Assembly (NCBI GenBank): GCA_026413765.1
Contig: JAOAKI010000004.1
Span: 97,513-161,512, forward strand
Reading direction: 5' to 3'
Origin: Candidatus Micrarchaeota archaeon
GTDB lineage: Archaea; Micrarchaeota; Micrarchaeia; Anstonellales; Anstonellaceae
DNA length: 64,000 bases
Positions 1-9,980 of this stretch are shown here, piece by piece (position 1 is the stretch's first letter; every line of letters begins with the position of its first letter). The position numbers were made by a program, and so were the translations under genes. Under the pieces are notes generated by a model. That model made no database searches, was not told the DNA's origin, and saw only the letters and a program-made list of their open reading frames with translations.

Positions 1-861
1 TGAGTAATAGTGCAAGATGCCTCCTTTTTTGATGCATGGCAAAACATAAGGCAGAAAGTTGGGTGCGTCTTTTGGCAACGGCATGACTATTCTGTCTGCC
101 CAGCCACGGTATTCGCCTGGCAATACTTTTTTTACATCTGCCTGAATGACTTCCACATTGGTGCAATCGTTCCTTTTTACGTTGTTTCTGAAATATTCGA
201 CCGCTGCCGGGTTCAGCTCTATTCCAACAATTTTTGCCTGCGGCGCTTTTTTTGCTATTGTTATTGCAAAAGGGCCAACTCCTGCAAAAGGGACCAGCAC
301 TTTCTCTTTCCCTCTGATGAGGGAGGCAATCCTGTTTCTCTCAGTTGCAAGGCGTGGAGAAAAGTACACTTTGTTCAAATCCAACTCTAGCTCGATTCCG
401 TTTTCTTTGTGCACAGTGTGCGTCCTTTTTTCACCTAAAATGATCTTGACAGGCCTAATTCTGTATCTTCCTTTTGTTCCGCTTATTTTCTTTGCCACAA
501 CTTTAATGTTCCTGTGGACCTTGAAAATCGCATCCGCAATCAATTTTTCTTTTTTTGACAGTTGAGAAGGCACTTCAATGATTGCAATATCGCCTACAAT
601 ATCAAATGAGGTTACCAAACTTCTTATTTCACTTTCAGTAAGCTTGCCTTTTAGCGCATCTCTCAAACTCTTTGGCTTTAATTCTTTTTTCCTGAGCTTT
701 TTTTCTACAATCTCAAAGCCTTCTACTTTTTTTGTTAGTGGAAAATACACATATTCGCCATTTTGCATCGGGGCATAGTTTGGATTGATCAAATTTTTCT
801 TTGCAAGCTCAATTCTTGTTTTTTCCGCGTTTTCCTTTTTTATGCGTACACACTTGACCAC
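1..861 (-). CDS. tRNA (guanine37-N1)-methyltransferase Trm5/Taw2 family (Met-10+ like). It is 3'-truncated by the window edge. The probable start is a GTG at 859-861, with the first ATG further in at the MQNGEYVYF position.
   Basis: Manual reverse-complement translation of bases 1-861 gives one open frame with Met-10+ class I MTase motifs: VLVPFAGVGPFAI, IVGIELNPAAVEYFRNNVKRN and DRIVMPLP. It lies in frame directly after the leuS stop at 871-873. It is absent from the ORF track because its stop codon lies left of position 1. Confidence 0.72.
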   Translation of the reverse strand, partial: MVKCVRIKKENAEKTRIELAKKNLINPNYAPMQNGEYVYFPLTKKVEGFEIVEKKLRKKELKPKSLRDALKGKLTESEIRSLVTSFDIVGDIAIIEVPSQLSKKEKLIADAIFKVHRNIKVVAKKISGTKGRYRIRPVKIILGEKRTHTVHKENGIELELDLNKVYFSPRLATERNRIASLIRGKEKVLVPFAGVGPFAITIAKKAPQAKIVGIELNPAAVEYFRNNVKRNDCTNVEVIQADVKKVLPGEYRGWADRIVMPLPKDAPNFLPYVLPCIKKGGILHYYS

Positions 862-870
862 AGAATAACC

Positions 871-3630
871 TTACACTACGAGTATTGCTGGCTTTCCTGG
901 CACAGCGTTTCGTGCTTTCTGGATTTCTGTCTCCTCTTCTTTTTTTATCACTACTTGGCCGCACTTGAATTCAGTTTCTAAAAGATGCACCGCAGAATTC
1001 AGCGCCATTAATTCGAAATCTTGCCCTCTTTTTATGTTCGCATCCTTGTTTTTCAAATAGATTTGAATCAATTTTTGGGCTTCCGCAGCATGCGTTTTTA
1101 TCTCTTCGTCCTGAACAGCCTTCTTGATTGAAGCTTCAAAGCTTTTTTCATTTTGCACTATCTCCATCAATCTCCATTTCCATCTTGCCGCGACAAAAAG
1201 CTGGATGCACTCTATTTTCTCCTTTTTGAGCAGGCCCATAATGTTGTGTATGTCTTCCTTTATTTTCGATATATACTCTTCCGCATCCTCAATTTCATCG
1301 CTTATTTTGCTCAGATCTGCGCGCGGCATTTTGGCAATCGAAACAAATGGTGAATCTCCGACGTAAATCTTCTTGCCCAGCTTCTCCCATATTTCTTCCG
1401 CAAAATGCGGAATAAATGGCGAAACCATAACCGTCCATATCTCGAAAAATTCCCTTAATTTCGGCTCTTTTGCCCTTTTCAAGTACCATTGCAAATCATT
1501 TACAGTATTATAGAACAATTCAAGCGTCAACTCTCTTATTTGAAGGTTCTGATATAGCTCATCTACTTTCAAGCATCTTCTGTGCAACCGAGACAGTAGC
1601 CATAAATCTGCCTGTTCTTTTTTTTCATCGTCTCTTTTTGCCGCATATTTTTCCATCGCGGATTTCAGAAATTTCATCCGCGCTAAAATTCCTTCAATTG
1701 CTGGTTGGTTGAAATCGGTATCTTGTGCAAGGTCCGCACCCGAGACAATCGCAAGACGGACAGCGTCAGCCCCCCACTTGCCAATTGCTGCTTTGAGCGG
1801 CAAAATATTGCCCATCGACTTGCTCATTTTTTTTCCATCCATCAGTACAAACCCGTTTGTTACAATTTGTCGAGGCCATAAAGCTTCTCCAAAGATTGCA
1901 GTGTGGTTGAATATGAAAAATGTCAAGTGATTATGGACTAAGTCTGTTGCAGAATGTCTGCTGTCAAGTGGATACCAATATTCAAACTCTCTTCTCATTT
2001 CTTTGGCTTGAGGCGGCAGCTTCTTTTCTGTTTCTTGGCCCAAAAAAACATAGTCGAATAGCTCTTCGGTCAGCTCCTCCTCTTTCATCTTTTTTGCAAT
2101 ATGCGCTATCGTGTAGAAAGCCATGTATATTGTTGAGTCGGACAATGCCTCAATCATCTTGTCAGAGTCAAATGGGAATTTCGTCCCCAATCCTGTCGAG
2201 CGAGTGCATGCTTTCTGCTTAAGCCAATCTATCGTGTATTCGTAGTCCTTCCTTGTTTTTTCTGGCAAGATTTTCATTCTTTTTAGGCATTCCTGCGCTT
2301 TTTTCTTCCACTCAGGATTGCCATAATCAATAAACCATTGGTCCTTTACTATTTTTACACTCACTTTGCCACCATACCTGCTATAAATTGGACCATTCGC
2401 AATCTCGTAAATTGTGAATGCCTTTCCTTCGTTTAACATTTTTTGCTTGATTTTTTCCTTTGCTTCGACACCCTTGAGCCCCTTAAATTCTCCACAAACC
2501 ATTATTCCAGAATGCGCCTCTTTCTTGTATATCTCTTGTGTGGCATCCTTTGCTCTTTCGTCTTTTTGGCTTTTTATTCCAATTTTTTCGCATATTTCCT
2601 TTGCTGGATAGGGCCCAAATCCATCTAACTGCAGTACTTGTTTCAGCTGATATTTGTCTTCAAGGCCAGCATCCCTTAAGGCAAGATAATCATATGGCGC
2701 ATGTGCCGGCACTGACATGACTGCCCCGCTACCATTTGATGGATCTACGAAATCTGCATGCAAAATGGGGACAAGCTCGTCAGTTATTGGGTTTTTGGCT
2801 TCTGTGCCAATTAGCTGCTTGCCTGCAATTTCTTCCTCGATTTTCAACTCAAGCTGCAGGCTCAATTCCTTTACAGCGTCTTTTGACATATATAATTTTC
2901 TTTTTCCATCTGTTGCTTTGACATACGTGGCGTTTTCATTTATCCAGATGTTTGTGACTCCGTAGACAGTTTCTGGACGATAGGTTGCGCAGACAATAAA
3001 GCCATCCCTGTAACGAAAAAGAATGCAAAGCATCTCCTCAATTTCAGGGTCGACATCTCCTTTCGTGTCATGTGCTCCAATTGCAGTATTTGCAACTGGG
3101 CACCATGGCACAGGATGCTCGCCCTTTGTAATGTACCCTTTCTTCATCAATTTGAAGAATTGCCACTCTATGAATTTGTTGAATGCTGCATCATTTGAGT
3201 AAAACTTTCTTCTCCAATCTATAGAATACCCCATTTCTTTCATTCCAGACTCAATCTCATTGGAAAAATGCATTACAAGCCTGGTCGGTTCTGTCAAATT
3301 CCGTATTGTATCCTTTTCAATCCCGTATATTTTTTCAAATATCTCAATTACTTCTTGGTCTTCTTCAGCGATTCTTTTTGCCATTGCCATGACTGGCGTT
3401 CCTGTCACATGAAACCCCATAGGAAACAAAACATTCTTTCCTTTGAGGCGCATATATCTAGCATATATGTCAGTTATCGTGTAGGTTCTTCCATGTCCTA
3501 TATGTTGCGGAGAATTAGGATAAGGAAACGCTGCTGTTAGATAGAACTTGTCCTTACTGCTATCCGTGCTGGGCTCAAAAATCCTTGCAGCTTCCCATCT
3601 CTCTTGCCATTTTTTTTCTATCTCTTGCAT
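871..3630 (-). CDS. leuS: Leucyl-tRNA synthetase (archaeal/eukaryal type class I aaRS)
   Basis: 919 aa. Contains the HIGH-type motif PQHIGHGRTY and the KMSKS motif. N-terminus EIEKKWQERW is typical of archaeal LeuRS. ATG start confirmed at 3628-3630. Confidence 0.93.
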   Translation of the reverse strand: MQEIEKKWQERWEAARIFEPSTDSSKDKFYLTAAFPYPNSPQHIGHGRTYTITDIYARYMRLKGKNVLFPMGFHVTGTPVMAMAKRIAEEDQEVIEIFEKIYGIEKDTIRNLTEPTRLVMHFSNEIESGMKEMGYSIDWRRKFYSNDAAFNKFIEWQFFKLMKKGYITKGEHPVPWCPVANTAIGAHDTKGDVDPEIEEMLCILFRYRDGFIVCATYRPETVYGVTNIWINENATYVKATDGKRKLYMSKDAVKELSLQLELKIEEEIAGKQLIGTEAKNPITDELVPILHADFVDPSNGSGAVMSVPAHAPYDYLALRDAGLEDKYQLKQVLQLDGFGPYPAKEICEKIGIKSQKDERAKDATQEIYKKEAHSGIMVCGEFKGLKGVEAKEKIKQKMLNEGKAFTIYEIANGPIYSRYGGKVSVKIVKDQWFIDYGNPEWKKKAQECLKRMKILPEKTRKDYEYTIDWLKQKACTRSTGLGTKFPFDSDKMIEALSDSTIYMAFYTIAHIAKKMKEEELTEELFDYVFLGQETEKKLPPQAKEMRREFEYWYPLDSRHSATDLVHNHLTFFIFNHTAIFGEALWPRQIVTNGFVLMDGKKMSKSMGNILPLKAAIGKWGADAVRLAIVSGADLAQDTDFNQPAIEGILARMKFLKSAMEKYAAKRDDEKKEQADLWLLSRLHRRCLKVDELYQNLQIRELTLELFYNTVNDLQWYLKRAKEPKLREFFEIWTVMVSPFIPHFAEEIWEKLGKKIYVGDSPFVSIAKMPRADLSKISDEIEDAEEYISKIKEDIHNIMGLLKKEKIECIQLFVAARWKWRLMEIVQNEKSFEASIKKAVQDEEIKTHAAEAQKLIQIYLKNKDANIKRGQDFELMALNSAVHLLETEFKCGQVVIKKEEETEIQKARNAVPGKPAILVV

Positions 3631-3672
3631 ATAGGCTCTTGTTATAGAACAACTTTAATTAAAGTTTATCTT

Positions 3673-5142
3673 TTACCTCTTGAACTTTGCAGTAATTTTT
3701 TCTCCTCTTTTTATTATTTCCTTCGTGCTTTTTATGGCATAGGCAAAATAGTTTTTCCCTTCAATTGCCTTTTTTCTCACAATCTTTCTAGTGAAATTCC
3801 ATCCATCCAAAACCTGCTGTATTGCACCTTGAGTCGGATAAACTGCAACTAATTTTATTATCATTCCTCTTTCCTCGCTTTTATTTACTATCTCTTTACT
3901 CGTTGTAATTCTTGATGCAAAAATGAGGATGGCTGAAAGCCTCATTATGCCAGAAATCAAAAATACCAGCGGTATTCCGCTCAATCCTGCAAGAGTGATG
4001 TCTTTGATTTGCAAAAATATGCCTCCTGCGATAGCGCCAGAAGCATAAAATAAGGATCCAAATGCATTGTATTTTGATATGAACGAAGGCCTAAGCTCTC
4101 TTCCAACGATTGACAAGGCGAAATTAAACGATGCAAGGTCAAGGCCGGCCCATATGAACCCAGAATAAATCTGCGAAAACAGCAGCCAAAGCTTGTCAGT
4201 CGATATAAGCCATGAAAAAGGAATCAGGACCATCCCAAACGAAGTTGCAATCAGGACAAGGCGATTTCCGAATCTGTCGATTGCTTTCCCCCAATACTCG
4301 TATGAGATCACTTTCGCAAGTATTGATGCGGCAATCATTATTCCAACAATTTCAAGGCTGAACCCCAACCCGCTTATCATGTAAGGGGTAAAGAATGGAG
4401 AGGCAAACTGCACAGAAAAGTTTATCATGGCAATAAAAATCAGAAACCACAGCTCCTTTTTATAAGATGGAAGCAAAAACAAATGCTTTAGCTTTATTTC
4501 CTTCACAAGCTGTATCTCATATTTTATGTCCGCTGTTTTCCAATGGTAAACAATAGTTGCCAGCCTTGAAACAAAAGGAATTATGAATATTAATCCGAAT
4601 GCAATCGCAACCGGCACAGCGCGCTGCAATTCATTTAGCAATACTCCAACCGCAAATGTTGTAAGAAACAAAAGCAGCTGCATTATCTTGTTCCTTTTTG
4701 CAAAAAAGTCCGCCCTTTCATTTTCTGGCACAATATCTGTGATCCAACTGCTCCAGGCAGGATTTGCTATCCACACAAACATTGCGCCTATTGTGTAGGA
4801 CAAGATTATCAGCTCGACGTTTTTCTCTATCGGGAGCACTAATGTAAGTATTATCGGAATCCAGCAGAGCGCTTGTATCGCAGCACTCAATGTGACAAGC
4901 ACTTTCCTGCTTTTGATCAGCCTCAATACATCCAGGCTGAAAAACTGCGAGATGCCGCCAACAATGTGCGGAAGAGCTGCAAGGACGCCTATCTGGAAAT
5001 TTGATGCGCCCAAATGCAAAATTGCTGCAGGCAAATATGTATCTCCTGCGCCGGTCATTATTGCGTAGCCTGCCCCTTCCTTTATCGAGTTGCCCATTGA
5101 TTCCCTAATGCTTTTTCTATCGGCACCATCAGTAGGTTGCAT
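3673..5142 (-). CDS. MFS-type transporter with about 12 predicted TM helices
   Basis: Long hydrophobic protein with paired six-helix halves. The track ORF extends to 5184 with a TTG. The first ATG in frame is at 5142 (MQPTDGADRK). Confidence 0.65.
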   Translation of the reverse strand: MQPTDGADRKSIRESMGNSIKEGAGYAIMTGAGDTYLPAAILHLGASNFQIGVLAALPHIVGGISQFFSLDVLRLIKSRKVLVTLSAAIQALCWIPIILTLVLPIEKNVELIILSYTIGAMFVWIANPAWSSWITDIVPENERADFFAKRNKIMQLLLFLTTFAVGVLLNELQRAVPVAIAFGLIFIIPFVSRLATIVYHWKTADIKYEIQLVKEIKLKHLFLLPSYKKELWFLIFIAMINFSVQFASPFFTPYMISGLGFSLEIVGIMIAASILAKVISYEYWGKAIDRFGNRLVLIATSFGMVLIPFSWLISTDKLWLLFSQIYSGFIWAGLDLASFNFALSIVGRELRPSFISKYNAFGSLFYASGAIAGGIFLQIKDITLAGLSGIPLVFLISGIMRLSAILIFASRITTSKEIVNKSEERGMIIKLVAVYPTQGAIQQVLDGWNFTRKIVRKKAIEGKNYFAYAIKSTKEIIKRGEKITAKFKR

Positions 5143-5201
5143 AGCGGTCGCTTTCGCATTTTGACTATAAGAATTAAAAGCCAATCTTCTGTGACCTCAT
5201 T

Positions 5202-5624
5202 ATGGGCATGACTTTTAGGAAAGCGCTTTATTTTATTGGCGTCCTGCTTTCCTTGATCGGGTTGTTTGCGGCAATTCTTGTAGGCATCAATTCCCCAGAG
5301 CCTTTAGATATTTTTGAGGCGATTTCACATGGAATTACAAGTATGGTTTTCGCATTTTTTTCCGGTGTTTTATTTGGTGCGGGGGCTGCCTTTTTTATTA
5401 TGGGGCTGGTGCTTGGAATTAGAAGTAGTTTTTGGCAGCTTATAGCCGCTTTGGCATTCGCTTTGCTTTCTGCTCTCTTAGGGTTGTCTGCAGTCGCCAA
5501 TCCTCTTCATTCATCATTTCTGACTCTCGGCTTATTCTTTGCAGGAATTTCATCTTCTGGAGTCTTTCTGATGTCGATTATCATTTTGGAGGCTTTCCAA
5601 TTACTAAATCTAAAGGAAGGCTGA
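5202..5624 (+). CDS. Hypothetical small membrane protein with 4 TM helices
   Basis: 140 aa, glycine/alanine-rich hydrophobic helices. ATG start. No recognisable motif. Confidence 0.4.
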   Translation: MGMTFRKALYFIGVLLSLIGLFAAILVGINSPEPLDIFEAISHGITSMVFAFFSGVLFGAGAAFFIMGLVLGIRSSFWQLIAALAFALLSALLGLSAVANPLHSSFLTLGLFFAGISSSGVFLMSIIILEAFQLLNLKEG

Positions 5625-5626
5625 GT

Positions 5627-6322
5627 TCATTTTTTCTTCAGCATAAGCAATAGGTGGTTGCTGATTGTTTCAAAATCTGGCAAAGGCGGATAAAGCTGGT
5701 GGGCAAGTTCAATATCTTCTTTTGCCCCTGCCAAGTCCCCCATGAAATATTTTGCCTTGCCTCTGTTGTGGTACGAAGCCGCATCTTTAGGGTCAAGCAA
5801 GATGGCTTTTGTGTAATCAGCAATCGCCTTGCTGTATTTTTCTGTTTGATAATATGCGTTTCCACGGTTTCTATATGCCTCGTGGTAGTTTGGGTCAATC
5901 TCAATCGCCTTTGAATAGTCTTGAATAGCTTTTGAAAATTTTTCCTGCTTATAATAGCAGTTTCCCCTGCAGCAATAGGCATAGGCGTATGAAGGCACTA
6001 TTTCAATTGCTCGTGTTGCGTCTCTTATTGCTTCATCGAATTTTCCAAGCTCGTAATATGCAAGCGCTCTATTGTAGTAAGCTGCGGCATCTTTACTGTT
6101 TAATTCAATCACTTTTCCAAAATCTTTTACCGCTTCATCATATTTCCCAAGAGAAAAGAAAGAGTCGCCTCTCAAAAAATATGCGTCAGCATTTTTTGGG
6201 TCTATATTTATTGCCAATGTGAAATTCCTAATCGCCTCTTGTTCATTGTTTCCGACATATTGAAGTCCACGGCGTATATAATAATCTGGAGTGAATATTT
6301 CTCCCGATGTCTCTTCAGCCAT
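5627..6322 (-). CDS. Tetratricopeptide (TPR) repeat protein
   Basis: At least six consecutive 34-aa TPR units with the W/LG/Y/A/F/AP pattern (AYYNRALAYYELGKFDEAIRDATRAIEI and similar). The track start at 6367 is a TTG. The first ATG is at 6322. Confidence 0.8.
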   Translation of the reverse strand: MAEETSGEIFTPDYYIRRGLQYVGNNEQEAIRNFTLAINIDPKNADAYFLRGDSFFSLGKYDEAVKDFGKVIELNSKDAAAYYNRALAYYELGKFDEAIRDATRAIEIVPSYAYAYCCRGNCYYKQEKFSKAIQDYSKAIEIDPNYHEAYRNRGNAYYQTEKYSKAIADYTKAILLDPKDAASYHNRGKAKYFMGDLAGAKEDIELAHQLYPPLPDFETISNHLLLMLKKK

Positions 6323-6363
6323 AATTCTATCATCACTATAAAATTTGATAAAATTATGCAAAA

Positions 6364-6726
6364 TCAAATCTCTTTTTTCTCCAGATAGCTATAAGAAAGA
6401 ATTGAGACCCCCACGAATATAGGGATCAAAAATATGATAAGATATTCAATTTGCATGCTGAAAAACAGAAAAAAGAAGACGCCGCATAGCAACGTTATGG
6501 CAAGCGATATTAAGAAAGCGCTTATTGCATGAGGAATCGCCTTTTTCTTCTCCACAAAATTCTGCAACAAGCTCTCTTTTTGCTCAAGCTCAATGGGTGG
6601 CATTGTTTCTGCTGCTGCCACTTTCTCCGTCTGTATAGGCTTAGGAGGTTCAAATGTTTCCTCAATAGCCTTTATTTTTTCCTTCCTGGCGATCTTGCGC
6701 CTTTTCTTTCCCTTCACCATCCGCAT
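6364..6726 (-). CDS. Hypothetical protein with a basic N-terminus and a C-terminal double TM anchor
   Basis: 121 aa. K/R-rich N-terminal 30 aa, then two hydrophobic helices. Its ATG at 6724-6726 overlaps the valS stop by 1 nt. Confidence 0.4.
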   Translation of the reverse strand: MRMVKGKKRRKIARKEKIKAIEETFEPPKPIQTEKVAAAETMPPIELEQKESLLQNFVEKKKAIPHAISAFLISLAITLLCGVFFFLFFSMQIEYLIIFLIPIFVGVSILSYSYLEKKEI

Positions 6727-9101
6727 CACTCAAATTCCACCTTTTCTTGGCTGTCTTGCAAATATTCTATATTTTTTATTTTTCCAGTGGCTTGCAGCTC
6801 TCCAAGCACTTGCTGTATGTCAACTCTGGACCTAATTTTTATCCTTTCTATTTCTGCATTCAAGGGGAGCCGCCTTTTTGCTTTCCACTGCCTTACTTCA
6901 GAAATGATCTTGTTTAATGCCTCTACTTTTTTTTCTGCATCATCGTCAATCAATTCCTCCTTGACCTTCGGCCAAGCGGAGAGGTGTATCGTTTTTTCTG
7001 GATGGAATGCCTGCCAAATTTCTTCTGTTATGTGTGGCGCTATTGGGGCAATTAGCTGGCAACATTCCAGCAACACGGTCTGCATAGTATGTTGTGCTGC
7101 TTGCTTGCTTTCCTTACCGTATGTCTCTGGTTGGTAGATGCGGTGCTTGGTGTACTCTAAGTAGAAATCACAGAACTCGTGCCAAAAGAAGTCTTGAACC
7201 TTGTTCAGCGCGCTGTGGAATTCAAAATTTTCATAGTCGTTTGTCACTTCCCTTTTGACCTTCTGAAGCCTTGACAATATCCACCTGTCAGTTATTTGGA
7301 GTGCAGACGGGGTACTGTCCTGCATTGTTTTGTTTTCACATGCCTTTTGGACCAATTTGGCTGCGTTCAAAAGCTTAGTTATGAAATTTTTCGCATATTG
7401 GACATCCTGGTAGGAAAATGGCCGGTCTTTAGCCATCGCACCAGCAAGCGCAGCCCACTGTCTTACAGCGTCTGCTGAATATTCGTCAATTAGTCTGTCT
7501 GGAGCAATTATATTCCCCAATGATTTGCTCATTTTTTTCCCATCAGGTGCAAGGACATTGCCATTCAGGAGAATGTCCTTGAAAGGAGGCATTCCTGTTA
7601 GAACGGTGCAGCGATATATTGTGTAGAATGCCCATGTCCGGACTATCTCCACACCCTGTGGCCGAAGGCTTACTGGATAGATTCGCCTAAAAAACTCCTC
7701 ATCATCCTTCCATCTTGCAATTATCAGTGGTGTGATTGACGAATCTACCCAACAGTCGCACGTCGATTGCTCTGCCACAAGCTCTTCACCGTTTGGCCCT
7801 TTCTTTGTCCTGTGCTTTATTGGGTCAAATGGCAACTCGTTTTCTTCTGCCGGGTAAATCTTGCCAGTTTTGCTGTCTATCCAAAAAGGCAGCGGAGTCC
7901 CAAAAACTCTCTGGCGCGAGATGACCCAATCCCAACCGACAAATTTTGCCCAATCTATCAAATACTGTATCCCAAAAGACGGGGTCCATCTTATCTTGCG
8001 GGCGCTTTCGATTATGTAGTCTGATTTGTCTATGATTTTTGCGAACCATTGCATTGAAAGAAGCAGCTCTATCGGTTTTTTGCACCTATCGTGCACTTTG
8101 ATAGTCTGCTTTATCTTGACGGCTTTCTCATATTTATTTTCGGCTTTAAGGCGTTCCAACGTTTTTGCCCTTGCTGATTGGATATCGCTGCCATCCAGCC
8201 ATAATCCATCGCTGTTTATGATGCGGCCTTTTTCATCAATCGCACGGATGACTGGCAATTTATGTCTATAGGCCCAAACAACGTCTTGCATATCTCCAAA
8301 AGTGCAAACCATTACAAGGCCAGAGCCAAACTCTTTTTCCACATCAGCGTCAGCAAGCAGAGGCACAGTTTTGCCAAGCGGTGTCTTAATTTTCTTGTCT
8401 TTTAAAATGGAATATCGTTCATCAGCAGGATGGTACAAAACAGCGACACACGCATGCAGGAGTTCTGGCCTTGTTGTCGCTACCAAAAGCGGTTTGCCAT
8501 CCTCCAAATAAAATTTTATATAGTGCAGATCGGTTTCCCTTTCAGCATCTTCTGTGTCTGTCTTTGCAAGCGCAGATACGCAATGCGGGCACCAAAACAC
8601 AGGATGCTCTGCTCGGTATATCTGCCCTTTTTTGTACATCTCCAAAATTGAGATTTGCACTTTTTTGTGGTAGGCTGGGTCCATCGTCCGGTATTCGTAT
8701 CTCCAATCTGCAGAAAACCCAAGCGCTTTCATTTGCGATTTCATCTTGGAGATAAACTCTTCAGTCCACGCAATGCATAATTTTCTGAATTCCTCTGGAG
8801 GTCTTCTGCCATATTTTTGCTCAACTTTTGTCTCGGTTGGAAATCCTTGGCAATCCCATCCTTGGGGATAATAAACGTTATACCCATTCATCCTTTTGTA
8901 GCGGGCTACAAAATCAAAGTAGGAATAGGAGAGCACATGGCCCATATGGAGCTCCCCTGAAGTGAATGGCGGAGGCGTGTCAATCGAGTAGATCGGCTTT
9001 GAATAATCGTCTTCCCTGAATTCATAAACTTTGTTTTTTTCCCACCATTCTTGCCATTTCTTTTCGATTTCTTTGCCATACTTTTCGCAAACTGCCATCA
9101 T
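6726..9101 (-). CDS. valS: Valyl-tRNA synthetase
   Basis: Class I aaRS with PPFTSGELHMGHVLSY (HIGH-like) and KMSKSLGN motifs plus the anticodon-binding tail. The track ORF begins at a TTG at 9194. The probable start is the ATG pair at 9096-9101 (MMAVCEKYGKEIEKKWQEWW). Confidence 0.92.
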   Translation of the reverse strand: MMAVCEKYGKEIEKKWQEWWEKNKVYEFREDDYSKPIYSIDTPPPFTSGELHMGHVLSYSYFDFVARYKRMNGYNVYYPQGWDCQGFPTETKVEQKYGRRPPEEFRKLCIAWTEEFISKMKSQMKALGFSADWRYEYRTMDPAYHKKVQISILEMYKKGQIYRAEHPVFWCPHCVSALAKTDTEDAERETDLHYIKFYLEDGKPLLVATTRPELLHACVAVLYHPADERYSILKDKKIKTPLGKTVPLLADADVEKEFGSGLVMVCTFGDMQDVVWAYRHKLPVIRAIDEKGRIINSDGLWLDGSDIQSARAKTLERLKAENKYEKAVKIKQTIKVHDRCKKPIELLLSMQWFAKIIDKSDYIIESARKIRWTPSFGIQYLIDWAKFVGWDWVISRQRVFGTPLPFWIDSKTGKIYPAEENELPFDPIKHRTKKGPNGEELVAEQSTCDCWVDSSITPLIIARWKDDEEFFRRIYPVSLRPQGVEIVRTWAFYTIYRCTVLTGMPPFKDILLNGNVLAPDGKKMSKSLGNIIAPDRLIDEYSADAVRQWAALAGAMAKDRPFSYQDVQYAKNFITKLLNAAKLVQKACENKTMQDSTPSALQITDRWILSRLQKVKREVTNDYENFEFHSALNKVQDFFWHEFCDFYLEYTKHRIYQPETYGKESKQAAQHTMQTVLLECCQLIAPIAPHITEEIWQAFHPEKTIHLSAWPKVKEELIDDDAEKKVEALNKIISEVRQWKAKRRLPLNAEIERIKIRSRVDIQQVLGELQATGKIKNIEYLQDSQEKVEFE

Positions 9102-9152
9102 GTGCAATTCTATGCGATAAGTTATTAAGTTGTTTTGTTTTATTTGACCGGT

Positions 9153-9980
9153 TTTATGGACCTGGCTCAAATTATCTTGCTTGGGCTTATCCAAGCAATA
9201 ACCGAATGGCTCCCGCTTTCCTCAAAAACAATCTGCTCATTTGTCTATCTGAATTTTTTTGGAGGCAGTCCAGAAAAACTGGTTTCCGTTCTTCTTTTTT
9301 TGCATCTTGGAACGCTGCTTTCGGCAATCGTGTATTTGAGAAAGGAGCTGTTTGGCATTTTTTCTGAGACTGCAAAAGCCATGCGCCCTTTTCCTGGCAT
9401 CTTGCCAAAATTTTTGGAAAGCAAGCAAGGTTTCATTTTTTTTGCTTTATTGTCGACTGGTGCTGTTGGGCTTCCTTTATTGGTCCTGGAAAAAGCGCTC
9501 TTTCCAACCCTCAGCGGAGAGCTAATTCATATTCTGATGGGCTCTGGACTGGTTCTCACAGGATTTCTTTTGACTGCTAGCTCCAATTCAAGGTGGAGGA
9601 CAGCTGAGCTTGCAAACTGGAAAGATGGGCTTTTTGTTGGTGCTTTGCAAGGGCTCTCTGTGTTGCCAGGCGTTTCAAGGGCAGGCAGCACTACTGCTGG
9701 GCTCATTTGGAGAGGGTTTAATCCATCTTCTGCGCTTTTGCTTTCTTTTTTGCTTTCAATCCCCACTGTAATATTTGCTGAGCTTCTTTTCTGGTCCGCA
9801 AGCCAGCATTTTTCCACTATCAATTTTTCTGATGGCTTTTTGTTGCTAATCAGTAGCTTTATTTTCGGCTATGCCACTATTGATGCATTGCTGCAGCTTG
9901 CTCAACGCTTTAATTTGGCTTGGCTTGCATTTCTTTTTGGGATTATAATGCTAGTTTTCGGCAGCCTTGGAATGAGCTAG
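9153..9980 (+). CDS. uppP: Undecaprenyl-diphosphatase (BacA/UppP family)
   Basis: Eight-TM protein carrying the two BacA signature motifs, TEWLPLSS (compare EFLPVSSSGH) and PGVSRAGSTTAG (compare PGxSRSGxT). The track start at 9135 is a TTG. The ATG is at 9153. Confidence 0.8.
   Translation, partial: FMDLAQIILLGLIQAITEWLPLSSKTICSFVYLNFFGGSPEKLVSVLLFLHLGTLLSAIVYLRKELFGIFSETAKAMRPFPGILPKFLESKQGFIFFALLSTGAVGLPLLVLEKALFPTLSGELIHILMGSGLVLTGFLLTASSNSRWRTAELANWKDGLFVGALQGLSVLPGVSRAGSTTAGLIWRGFNPSSALLLSFLLSIPTVIFAELLFWSASQHFSTINFSDGFLLLISSFIFGYATIDALLQLAQRFNLAWLAFLFGIIMLVFGSLGMS

Noticed and set aside
10-981. Plus-strand ORFs at the left edge: 10-390, 146-565, 578-778 and 763-981.
   Set aside because: The translations are Cys/Phe-rich nonsense. 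The minus strand here encodes a clean Trm5/Taw2-like methyltransferase that runs off the window edge, which explains the open frames.
5638-5982. A 114-aa minus-strand ORF inside the TPR gene. Similar antisense ORFs lie inside copA (26917-27153, 27907-28470), DP2 (several), leuS and valS.
   Set aside because: They are fully embedded in well-supported genes in another frame or strand, with no motifs. They are treated as chance ORFs.
9102-9194. A 31-codon N-terminal extension of valS that starts at a TTG and overlaps uppP.
   Set aside because: The ORF track treats TTG/GTG as Met. The conserved ValRS N-terminus begins at the ATG pair at 9096-9101, and trimming removes the overlap with the divergent uppP. 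The same logic applies to extensions on copA (26267-26434), nth (24217-24273), UPF0147 (24065-24256), nrdR (53720-53851), top6A (16595-16672) and L1 (35736-35795).
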